Below are positions 1 to 7,713 of a stretch of DNA of 21,307 nucleotides, piece after piece. The number at the start of each line of letters is the position of its first letter. Position 1 is the first letter of the stretch. The notes under the pieces were generated by a model. That model worked only from the letters and a program-made list of their open reading frames with translations. It was not told the origin of the DNA and ran no database searches. Source of the stretch: Planctomycetota bacterium (GTDB lineage Bacteria; Planctomycetota; SZUA-567; H5-PLA8); the NCBI GenBank assembly GCA_045863855.1, contig BTVV01000106.1:1-21307 (forward strand), written 5' to 3'. Made by a program: the position numbers and the translations under genes.

Positions 1-2
1 CT

Positions 3-74
3 TGTGTTGCAAAGGTGATCGCCGCCTTCAAGCAAGCGCTGGCCCCAGCAGGACATGAGCCCAAGTCGTTTTGA
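3..74 (+). CDS. Probable 3' end of a gene entering from the left edge (CVAKVIAAFKQALAPAGHEPKSF*)
   Basis: Open frame from base 3 to TGA at 72-74 with host-like codons (gtg atc gcc gcc ttc aag). Too short to assign a product. Confidence 0.4.
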   Translation, partial: CVAKVIAAFKQALAPAGHEPKSF

Positions 75-248
75 TGGCGGGCGGCTCCATGGCCATTCGA
101 ATCCATTTCGGATTTCGGTAAACCCTGCCGGGCTTCATGCGCACCAACTGTTGCCGAAGATTCCGAACTCGAATGCCTCGTGTTTAATTCTTTTGAAAAT
201 TGCACCAACAATTCCATGCTCCGACTGTCGGGCATGCACGTTGTGGGC

Positions 249-285
249 TATACTGTGTGCGGTACGGGGCACGCATAGCGAAGGA
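249..285 (+). promoter_or_regulatory. Candidate sigma70 -10 box (TATACT, 249-254) and RBS (AAGGA, 281-285) for the gene starting at 296
   Basis: Near-consensus -10 hexamer downstream of an AT-rich tract (181-213). No convincing -35. Confidence 0.4.
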
Positions 286-295
286 CGGAACGGCC

Positions 296-1546
296 ATGGC
301 GTCGAACGTGTGTTCACGGTGCGGAGATGAGTTGCCCGAGATTCCAGGAGGCGGGCACGGCTGGGTTAAATGCCAGATCTGCGGGGAAACCGTGGAGATT
401 GGCGCGGACAAGCCGTATCAAGTGCCCACCAGCTTCAATCTAAAGGCCAACGACAGCGACGTGAAGCCGCAAGGCGGATTGCGCGAAGTCGCCCGTCCAC
501 GCTCCGTCCGTTCCCTAAGACCTCAGCCTCCGATTTCCCCTTCGCCCACACCTTCCGACATGCCCGCGCTGCCGAAGGATCTCGACAAAGCGCTGGCCAC
601 GTACGCGCTGGGGCTTTTCCGCGTGCGCGGCTGGCCGTGCCAGGAATTACCGGGCTACAAAGCGTTCGTGGTGCGGGCCCGCATCTCGCATCCCGAAAGC
701 GGCAACACCGACGTCTGCAACGTGACCATCTCGGCCGCCCGCGGCGTCCTGACGCTCGAGACCGTCGTCCGCAATCTGCCTCCCCCGCCCTGGCACACGC
801 TGCGCGAGACGCTTAACGCGCTGAATATCGCTTCCGGCGGCTCGCTCTTCCTGATGCGCGAATGCGGCATCGTCGTGCGCTACCGCCTGCTGCCGCAGAC
901 CTCCCCCGAAGGCCGCTTCAACGTCGATCATATCCTCGCGGCGCTGATGCAGATGAACCACGATCGCCGGCTCGCCTTGCAGGTCCTCTTCATGGCCAGC
1001 CAGTGGTCGGTCTTCGACGGCGCGGCGGTGCGCAAGACGTTCGCCCAGCCGGTCGCGCGGCCGCAGCAGGTCGAACAGCGCTACGTCCAGGATCTGGCCG
1101 GCTTCGCGGGCTACTACGCATTCCCGAAGGGCGGAGAGCTGGGCCTCAATAAGGAACTCTGCGCGCCTTCCGACTGTCCGGTAAACCTCAAGCTCGACCG
1201 CGGCATGCTGCGCGCATGGACGACGCTGAATACCGACCTCATCAGCCGGCTGAGCGGCGAGCGCTGGGGCTTCGTGCGCCAGATGATGCGCAGCCTCTCG
1301 CGCCCCGGCCTGCGCATGACCCACAATCAGCGCACGCGGATGATCGAACATCTCAACGGGATCAACGACACCAGCGCGCTGTTGCGCTACGTCTGGCAGG
1401 AAGAGCAGCTCCGCGCGGTCGCGACCTATAACTTCTTCGGCCAGGACATGACCGTCGAGAACTTCCAGACCATCGTGGACGCGCTCTTCCGCCGCACGCG
1501 CAGCGGACCCGGGCATACCACGCTCTGCTTAAGGCAAGCGGTATAG
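296..1546 (+). CDS. Hypothetical protein: N-terminal zinc ribbon, Pro/Ser-rich linker, two YbjN/CesT-like (T3SS-chaperone fold) domains
   Basis: CSRC..x16..CQIC motif directly after the ATG at 296 (preferred over the ORF-track start 200 because of the RBS and -10). Two repeats of a 'L-N-x-[LI]-N' helix (LRETLNALN, MIEHLNGIN) flanked by beta-like segments. Strong GC3 bias. Confidence 0.7.
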   Translation: MASNVCSRCGDELPEIPGGGHGWVKCQICGETVEIGADKPYQVPTSFNLKANDSDVKPQGGLREVARPRSVRSLRPQPPISPSPTPSDMPALPKDLDKALATYALGLFRVRGWPCQELPGYKAFVVRARISHPESGNTDVCNVTISAARGVLTLETVVRNLPPPPWHTLRETLNALNIASGGSLFLMRECGIVVRYRLLPQTSPEGRFNVDHILAALMQMNHDRRLALQVLFMASQWSVFDGAAVRKTFAQPVARPQQVEQRYVQDLAGFAGYYAFPKGGELGLNKELCAPSDCPVNLKLDRGMLRAWTTLNTDLISRLSGERWGFVRQMMRSLSRPGLRMTHNQRTRMIEHLNGINDTSALLRYVWQEEQLRAVATYNFFGQDMTVENFQTIVDALFRRTRSGPGHTTLCLRQAV

Positions 1547-1559
1547 GATAACGCAGGCG

Positions 1560-2459
1560 TCAGGGCGCGGGCGGAGCGAGCTTGGTCTCGATCGCTCCCA
1601 GATCGAAAAGCTTGTCTTCCGACACCGACACGGCGGCGCTTACGTGCTCGATCTTGCCTTCCGACCAGACCGCCACGAAGTAAGAGGCGTCGGCCACCGT
1701 GTCGAACGAGAAGCGCCCTTCGGCGTCGCTCTGCACAGACGGCTGATGTTCGAGCATCTTGTTGAACTGATCTTCCCCGCGCTCGCGGAAACGCAGGTAA
1801 TTGGCGTGCCCCAAGGTCACCTTGACGCCTGACCACGGCTTGCCGCCCGCGGCAAGAATCTGGCCTTTGACCGTTGAGCCTTTGCGGGCTTGCAGCTTCA
1901 CCGTCGATTCGCCCACCTTCAGTTCGAACATCGAAAGGCTTTGAGCGATCGGTAAAAAGCCGGGCGCTTGGCAGCGCGCATGCACGTGATAGCGGCCGGG
2001 TTCGAGATCCGCGAACTTCGCCACGCCTTGCGCGTCGGTCTGCGCCTGCAGATTCTGGCGCTGGCCTTGCGCGCGCCCGGAATCGCTTTGCTGCACCAGC
2101 ATTAGAGTTACGGGTTTCTCGCCCATCGGCGCGCCGGCCGGATCCAGCACCTCGACGCGCAACGACGAGCGGTTGATCGCGCGCAGCAACGTCATCGCCG
2201 CGTGCGCCACCTGCGGATCGTCGCCCTGAGCCGCGGCTTCCAACTGAGTTCGCGCCTGTCCGCCCAAGCCGCGGAGAGTTTCCATCGCCTTGGCGCGTTC
2301 GTCGAAATCCGTAGCGCCCAGTTGGCGCACCCACTCCTTTAAGGAAGGCTCGCCCGCCGCCGGAGCCGCCACCTCGCCGCCGCAAGCGGAACCCACGGCC
2401 ACACATAAGGCCATGCCAAGGATGGATTTATTGAAAACCGAGCGACCCAAGTCCGACAT
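1560..2459 (-). CDS. Exported protein with N-terminal HEAT-like helical module and tandem carboxypeptidase-regulatory-like (prealbumin-like beta-sandwich) domains
   Basis: Signal-like N-terminus (SILGMALCVAVGSACGGE). HEAT-like WVRQLGATDFDERAKAMETL..DDPQV. Repeated motifs AQTDAQGVAKFADLEPGRY and VQSDAEGRFSFDTVADASY. Start placed at ATG 2459 rather than 2567, which would overlap the upstream gene. Confidence 0.75.
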   Translation of the reverse strand: MSDLGRSVFNKSILGMALCVAVGSACGGEVAAPAAGEPSLKEWVRQLGATDFDERAKAMETLRGLGGQARTQLEAAAQGDDPQVAHAAMTLLRAINRSSLRVEVLDPAGAPMGEKPVTLMLVQQSDSGRAQGQRQNLQAQTDAQGVAKFADLEPGRYHVHARCQAPGFLPIAQSLSMFELKVGESTVKLQARKGSTVKGQILAAGGKPWSGVKVTLGHANYLRFRERGEDQFNKMLEHQPSVQSDAEGRFSFDTVADASYFVAVWSEGKIEHVSAAVSVSEDKLFDLGAIETKLAPPAP

Positions 2460-2550
2460 GCCGTACGTTGCCCCCAACGTCACGCACTTCGTGCTCGCGC
2501 CTCGCCGCGCGACTGAAAATCCCTTGGTGAACCACTTAGTCGCGGTCAGG

Positions 2551-3597
2551 TCACCCTTTTCCATCAATTTTTTGAGGGCTCACTTGCCAGCGCTCCAGAG
2601 ACTTGCGGCCCAGCACCCTCGCCGCGTTCGTGAAGACCGGATCCGGGTAGCCCCACGCACGCTTGATTGCCACATCGCGCGCCAGAAAACTCCAAATCGT
2701 GTTGATTGCGCGGGCCTGCGAGAAGCCCAGCTTGCGCAGCGACCAGAGCGCGTTTGGCGGCACCGGATAATCGCTGCCGTGAATCAGCTTCGGCAGCACG
2801 CCTTCCTCGCGCAAGAAGTAGCGCAGCCAGCGCGATCGCCCCGGCGTGGTGAACGCCGATGTGTCGCCGTAGCAGTTGGGATACTCGCGTGCAAGCCGAA
2901 TGAACTCGCGCGTCCAATTCCCGTCGAAGATGCCGCTGCGCGTCCCGCAATGCGCCATCACGACGGTCACGCCGCGATCCAGCGCCGGGCGCAGCATCGC
3001 CGGATCGCCCAGTTCGGGCCGAATCACGCTCACCGTATGCTCCCCGCCGGTGTGGGAAATCAGCGGCAGCCCGTGCTTCACGAGCAGATCGTAGAGCGGT
3101 ACGCAGCGCTTATCCCGCGGATCCATGGCCTGGCTGTTGGGCAGCCATTTCAACGCCACCGCGCCGCGCTCGATCCAGCGCTCCAGTTCCTCCACGGCAT
3201 CTTTGCGATACGGATGAATGCTGCACGCCGGCAGCATTCGCCCGCGCAGTTCGGAGCGCTCGCAGACCGCGAACGCGTATTCGTTCGGAACGTACAGCTC
3301 CTGCCCGGTCGCGGCCGGCGAGCCGTCCTCGGCGTAGATGCGTTCGTGCGCGAATACAACGGCGCCATGCAGCAGCTTCCGCTCCGCCGCCTCCGCCAGA
3401 TCCTTGTCGAGCCGTTCGAGGTACGCTTGGTCCAGCCGCTCGTGCTTATGCGCGTCGTAGATTTCCAGCTTCCAGCGCATCAGCTTGTAGAGCAGCGAAT
3501 GAAATTTACGCTCGGCAATGAAGCAGCCCGTTCCGCCGTGCCCCAAGCCGGCAAGGTGGGTGTGAATATCCAGCACCGGCAGCGCGGAATCGCTCAT
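2551..3597 (-). CDS. Amidohydrolase family protein (Amidohydro_2, metal-dependent TIM barrel)
   Basis: DIHTH (HxH) metal motif, SIHPY, LKWLP, SHTGGE, MAHCG, GDTS and HGSDYP motifs in the expected order. Confidence 0.92.
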   Translation of the reverse strand: MSDSALPVLDIHTHLAGLGHGGTGCFIAERKFHSLLYKLMRWKLEIYDAHKHERLDQAYLERLDKDLAEAAERKLLHGAVVFAHERIYAEDGSPAATGQELYVPNEYAFAVCERSELRGRMLPACSIHPYRKDAVEELERWIERGAVALKWLPNSQAMDPRDKRCVPLYDLLVKHGLPLISHTGGEHTVSVIRPELGDPAMLRPALDRGVTVVMAHCGTRSGIFDGNWTREFIRLAREYPNCYGDTSAFTTPGRSRWLRYFLREEGVLPKLIHGSDYPVPPNALWSLRKLGFSQARAINTIWSFLARDVAIKRAWGYPDPVFTNAARVLGRKSLERWQVSPQKIDGKG

Positions 3598-3610
3598 GCG
3601 GGAGGAAGTC

Positions 3611-5467
3611 TTAGCTCAATTCGCAAGCGTCTTCCAGCACGTCTAACTCGATCTCAGTCCACGGCAGCCCTTCGCGCCGCACGCGCTGCGTTTTCGCGGC
3701 CTTCCCGTTCACGTTCAGCGTGCCCCCGCCCAGCACCTGCAGTGTCGCGCCGGGCAGCGCCAACGGCGCCCGTAGACTCACTGAGCCATCCGCGTACCGC
3801 GCTCCCGCTTCCACGCACGCGCGCCGCGCGCGCTCAAGCGCGTTCAACTCCCGCGCGGTGACCCAGCGCAGCCCCTTCTTCTTTCCGTACGCCACCGCAT
3901 CCAGAAGACTTTCGGCCACGCCTTCTTTGCCGAAATGAGCCGGATGAAAGAGCAGATGGCAAACCCCATTCCAACGCCGCGCGCGGTCGACGAACAGACG
4001 CCCCCACGCCGGCGGCGCGGTGACGGCCAGATCTTGCGACTGGAACGCCTGCTCCAGCACATCGATGCGCCGGCCGCGGACGTCGTACAGGAAATGCGGG
4101 TGGCACGAACCGAACGGATAGCCGATCGTGCCGCGCTTGCTCGGGCCTTTGCTCTGATCGATCCGCACGCCCTGGTGCGCGCACCATTCGAGAAACTCCA
4201 GCCCGTCCTCCCAGCGCGTATAGTGGTTCTTGTTCGTGACCAGCGGTTCCATGCCGGTCAAGCCCGCCGCTTCCAGCAACCAGCGAAACTGAAAGTCGAA
4301 GTTGGGGCTGCCCCAGCGCCGGAACGGTTCGTGCGGGCCGCCCATGGCATCGTAATGCAGCGCGATCTCGTGCCCGAAATCCTTCAGCTTCGCGTAAAAC
4401 GCCGCATCGTAGCCGGGATGGATCGTGCACCAACTCGAACGGATATCCGCGCGCCGCATCACTTCGAAAAGCGTCTCGGCCAGAGCCGGATCGTTCCCGT
4501 CGGTATCGTGCGAGCAATGGGCGACGGCCTCCAGGCCGTCGGGGTGGTACCAGAGCCGCGGCAGGCGCACGCCGGTTCGCAGCGCCGCATGGCCAATGGC
4601 GCGGATCAGGATCTGCGCGAGCGCATCGGCGACGGGCTGGTCGAAGATCGGCCAAGCGCCGGGCCCGGGCTTCTTCGCCCGCTTGCCCTTCGTATCCAGG
4701 ACGCGCCGGTCGCGGAGAAAATCGAGCACCATCCCGTCTTCGGCTTTGAGCAACCCGTCGCACAACGGCGCGCTCCCGTCGGGCGCGGAAGGCGCGTCGT
4801 AAGCCACCGGCCGGCCCGTGCGGATGTACGCGGCGGAGCCCGGTAAATCGGCGGCGACGAACAGCGCCAGGCCCTTGCCGCGTCCCGCGCGCCGTTCGCT
4901 CAACGCCGCCAGCGCGCGGGGCTGCCCGTCCAAGCCCGTGACACTCGCCAGCGTCTCCGTGCCACGCCGCGCGCGCACCGCCTGCCCGCCGAACACATGC
5001 AACGGCACATCCTCAAGACCCGCCAGCACAGGATGCCGTTGGGCTTTGATGCGCAGCCAGCCTTCGCCCAGGGTTTCCCAAGGACTCATCCCGAAGCCCG
5101 GCGCGGCGTAGGAGGCATTCGGTACGGGATCCAGCCCGAACAGGTCCCACAGTCCGTCGAGCACCCCCGGCCCGCTTTGGCCCGTGGAGGCCCCCGCGCC
5201 GCCCAACCCCACCACCGCGCCGCCTCGTTCGACGAAAGCCGCCAGCGGCGCGCTTAACGCCGCACCTTGCTCGGCCGATACACGACCGGCAAGCACCACG
5301 ATTTGAGGCACCTTCTCGTCCAAGGTTTCCGCGAGCAGCGCCGGCAGCGTCTCGTGCACGAAGAAACCCGCGTGATCGAGCAATTCGCGCAGCACGCCCC
5401 ATGCGTAAGGCGAAGAAGTAGGATCGATGGCCAAGGTGAGGCGACCAAGCGGTGAGTTGGCCGGCAT
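3611..5467 (-). CDS. Two-domain protein: class I glutamine-amidotransferase-like (beta-galactosidase trimerisation-like) domain plus NodB/polysaccharide-deacetylase-like domain
   Basis: N-half: IVVLAG..LAAFVERGGAVVGLG..GRGKG. C-half: SHDTD, GHEIALHYD, NKNHY, IGYPFG, LLFHP and LRWVT, typical of the CE4/GH57-like (beta/alpha)7 fold. GGAGG RBS upstream. Confidence 0.75.
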   Translation of the reverse strand: MPANSPLGRLTLAIDPTSSPYAWGVLRELLDHAGFFVHETLPALLAETLDEKVPQIVVLAGRVSAEQGAALSAPLAAFVERGGAVVGLGGAGASTGQSGPGVLDGLWDLFGLDPVPNASYAAPGFGMSPWETLGEGWLRIKAQRHPVLAGLEDVPLHVFGGQAVRARRGTETLASVTGLDGQPRALAALSERRAGRGKGLALFVAADLPGSAAYIRTGRPVAYDAPSAPDGSAPLCDGLLKAEDGMVLDFLRDRRVLDTKGKRAKKPGPGAWPIFDQPVADALAQILIRAIGHAALRTGVRLPRLWYHPDGLEAVAHCSHDTDGNDPALAETLFEVMRRADIRSSWCTIHPGYDAAFYAKLKDFGHEIALHYDAMGGPHEPFRRWGSPNFDFQFRWLLEAAGLTGMEPLVTNKNHYTRWEDGLEFLEWCAHQGVRIDQSKGPSKRGTIGYPFGSCHPHFLYDVRGRRIDVLEQAFQSQDLAVTAPPAWGRLFVDRARRWNGVCHLLFHPAHFGKEGVAESLLDAVAYGKKKGLRWVTARELNALERARRACVEAGARYADGSVSLRAPLALPGATLQVLGGGTLNVNGKAAKTQRVRREGLPWTEIELDVLEDACELS

Positions 5468-5543
5468 GCGTAAGCCCTCCGAGGCAGGTTACGCAGCAGG
5501 CTAGATCAACGGGACAGGCTTGGCGAGCGGGGAAAGGAATGCC

Positions 5544-6902
5544 TCAGTCCTTCAGCAGCGGCAAGTACCGGTAGTACACCTCCAAGCAAAGCGCATTCAA
5601 ACTCGACGCGAAGCCCACGCCGCAGCCGGACCACCGTCCCACCTTCCCGGCGTCGGCTCTACCTTGTTCGGAACACAGGCTGCCCTTCAGCTTCTCGTTC
5701 CATGCCTTCCACAAATCGCCGCCTTGCTGGAACAGGACCAGCGTGCCCATCCAATTCGTAAGTTCGTCGCTCTCCGCCTGACCGGTCGTGGGACCGGCGA
5801 AGTCCGCAAGCGCGGCTTCCGCGTAGGGCAGCAGTTCTTCCTTCTTCGAGCCCATGAACTGGCGCGCCAAGCAGGCCATGAAGCTGGCTTGAGTTGAGGG
5901 CTTTCCGCCGGGAACCCAGGCATAGCGCCTGGACTCATTGTGCTCCACGGCATCGAGGAATCGAATCGCGCCTTCAAACGCTTCAGGCTTCACGGCGAGG
6001 CCCGCCACTTTGGCCGACTTGAGGTGCATGACAAAAAGCGTCGTCGTAAAGAGGTCCGGCTGACCCGCAAGCGGAACGCGGCTGAATCCGAAGGGTTGGC
6101 CGTCCTTCACGACTAGATGCCCAGCCAGCGCGTAATCCACCGCACGCTGCGCGGCCATCTTGGTCTCCGGGATGCGTCCCATCCCCGAGGCTTCCGCCAG
6201 CGCCAGGCCGGCCAGCGCGTGCGAGACCCCGTCCACCTGCGTCCAACCGGGCATCCGCACCGCGCCGTCGTCGCGCTGCCGCGCGATCAGCCAGCCCACG
6301 CTCGTGCGCACGACCAGTTTGTACGCGCCCACCCTCTCGGTATGCCCGCTGCCCAAGTACGAGAGCAACGTAAGCGCCGTCAGATCCACGTCGGCCGGCC
6401 GTTCGGCGCCCAGCCGCATCGCATCCCAATGGCCGTCCGAATCCTGCAAGCCTTGCAAGTCGGCGAATCCGAAATCCGTGGCATTAAAGATGACCGACGG
6501 CCCACCGGGCTTGGACACCTGGCCCTCGGCTTCGTTGCGCAGGACGGCGCCAAGCAGCGGACCCGTAAGTCGGCCGGATTCCAAGTTCTTAGGCCAATGC
6601 GCGTGAACCGCCTCCACGTACGCCGCTTCCGCCTGCTTCAAGGTCAGGATCCGATCGATGCGCCGGCAACGCTGGCGCACCTCCGGGTCTTCGTGGCTCA
6701 GTGCGGCCCGTGCGGCCGCCTGCGCCTGCTCGCCTCGGTTCCCGAGTTCCGTTTCCGCGGCCTCGCGCACCTCGAACGCATCGTCCGAAAGCTGCCGGAT
6801 CAACGTCTCCAAGCTCGGCTTTTCAGGAGCGGAGCCCTCCCCGGCCCCAATACACACGCAAGCCCAAACGAAACAGGAACCAACCCAAGCGAATCGGAGC
6901 AC
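5544..6902 (-). CDS. Secreted prenyltransferase/squalene-oxidase-repeat (alpha/alpha barrel) protein with N-terminal HEAT-like module
   Basis: GTG start, signal peptide ending CIGAGE. QW-like motifs LQDSDGHW and WLIARQRDDG. LKSAKVAGL and the C-terminal LCLEVYYRYLP are characteristic of the planctomycete family. No DXDD cyclase motif seen. Confidence 0.85.
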   Translation of the reverse strand: MLRFAWVGSCFVWACVCIGAGEGSAPEKPSLETLIRQLSDDAFEVREAAETELGNRGEQAQAAARAALSHEDPEVRQRCRRIDRILTLKQAEAAYVEAVHAHWPKNLESGRLTGPLLGAVLRNEAEGQVSKPGGPSVIFNATDFGFADLQGLQDSDGHWDAMRLGAERPADVDLTALTLLSYLGSGHTERVGAYKLVVRTSVGWLIARQRDDGAVRMPGWTQVDGVSHALAGLALAEASGMGRIPETKMAAQRAVDYALAGHLVVKDGQPFGFSRVPLAGQPDLFTTTLFVMHLKSAKVAGLAVKPEAFEGAIRFLDAVEHNESRRYAWVPGGKPSTQASFMACLARQFMGSKKEELLPYAEAALADFAGPTTGQAESDELTNWMGTLVLFQQGGDLWKAWNEKLKGSLCSEQGRADAGKVGRWSGCGVGFASSLNALCLEVYYRYLPLLKD

Positions 6903-6982
6903 GAGTGCTTCCCTCGAACCCGGAGACGAACCCTAATGCGCATGAACGCAGGAGCAGCCTGAAAGTTCTATAAAATAGGCTG

Positions 6983-7582
6983 CTATTTTGACTGCGCGCA
7001 CCCGTAGTGCATCCGCGCCAGGGGCGGTAGGCCGGCCACCAACTGGCCCTCGGCGGCGCGTAATGTTTCCAAGCGCGACGTGGCTCGAGCTTCCCCGTAT
7101 TGCCCGACCGCCAAGTCCACAAAGAGCACATAATGATTCACTTCGCTGGCGTAGAGATCTTCGTAAAACCCGGACAGCGCTTGGCCTTTCAGTTCGTCCG
7201 CCAGCAATCGGAAGCGTTCGGCGCTGCGTGCTTCGATCAGGCTGCAAACGAGCAGCATATCGAGAAAGTTTCCATTCCCTTCCTGCGCCGCAGCTTTGCG
7301 CAGACCTTGCACGTACGCGCTGCCGCCCTTCGGAGCCGCCGGCCACGGATAGCGTGCCCGGATTTCGCGCTCGACTTGCCGCGCATGTTCCATCTCTTCG
7401 TTGGCCAGATCGGTCATCAACTTCTTAAGCGCTGGAACTTTCGAGCCGTGCACCCGTAACGTCCGGTGCGCCATCGCCGCGGCTTTCAGTTCGCAGAAAT
7501 AATGATCGAGCAAGAGGGCCGCCGGATCGGCGAGCACCTGCTGCGCCCACGCGGGCGGGGTCTGATAATGCAGTCCAAGCAC
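6983..7582 (-). CDS. miaE: tRNA-(ms2io6A37) hydroxylase MiaE (ferritin-like di-iron)
   Basis: TPPAW..LLLDHYFCELKAA, EEMEH, LIEARSAERF and LYASEVNHY match MiaE signature motifs. GTG start. Confidence 0.92.
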   Translation of the reverse strand: MLGLHYQTPPAWAQQVLADPAALLLDHYFCELKAAAMAHRTLRVHGSKVPALKKLMTDLANEEMEHARQVEREIRARYPWPAAPKGGSAYVQGLRKAAAQEGNGNFLDMLLVCSLIEARSAERFRLLADELKGQALSGFYEDLYASEVNHYVLFVDLAVGQYGEARATSRLETLRAAEGQLVAGLPPLARMHYGCAQSK

Positions 7583-7596
7583 CCGCGTATGATGCG

Positions 7597-7620
7597 CGCT
7601 TGCCGCCTAGGCGGCAAGCG
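7597..7620. promoter_or_regulatory. Perfect 24 bp palindrome CGCTTGCCGCCTAGGCGGCAAGCG in the miaE/alaC divergent region, overlapping the candidate miaE -35
   Basis: Directly readable self-complementary sequence. On the minus strand TTGCCG (7617-7612), 17 bp, CATCAT (7594-7589). Function inferred. Confidence 0.6.
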
Positions 7621-7713
7621 AAGAGGAGTGCACAATCCCCCGCCCTTCCTGGCAGCGTTCGGCCTCACCCGTTAGGATGTGCGCGGGTTGAGCCAACGAA
7701 CGGAATCGATGCC

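Noticed and set aside
2465..2480. ACGTTG-cccc-CAACGT hairpin just upstream of ATG 2459
   Set aside because: Only 6 bp, plausible by chance, and the G-run would lie in the loop rather than be occluded.
2290..3861. 523 aa + strand ORF, and similar long ORFs such as 16769-18355 and 10773-12125
   Set aside because: Antisense or alternate-frame shadows of clear genes. Arg/Ala/Pro-rich with no motifs.
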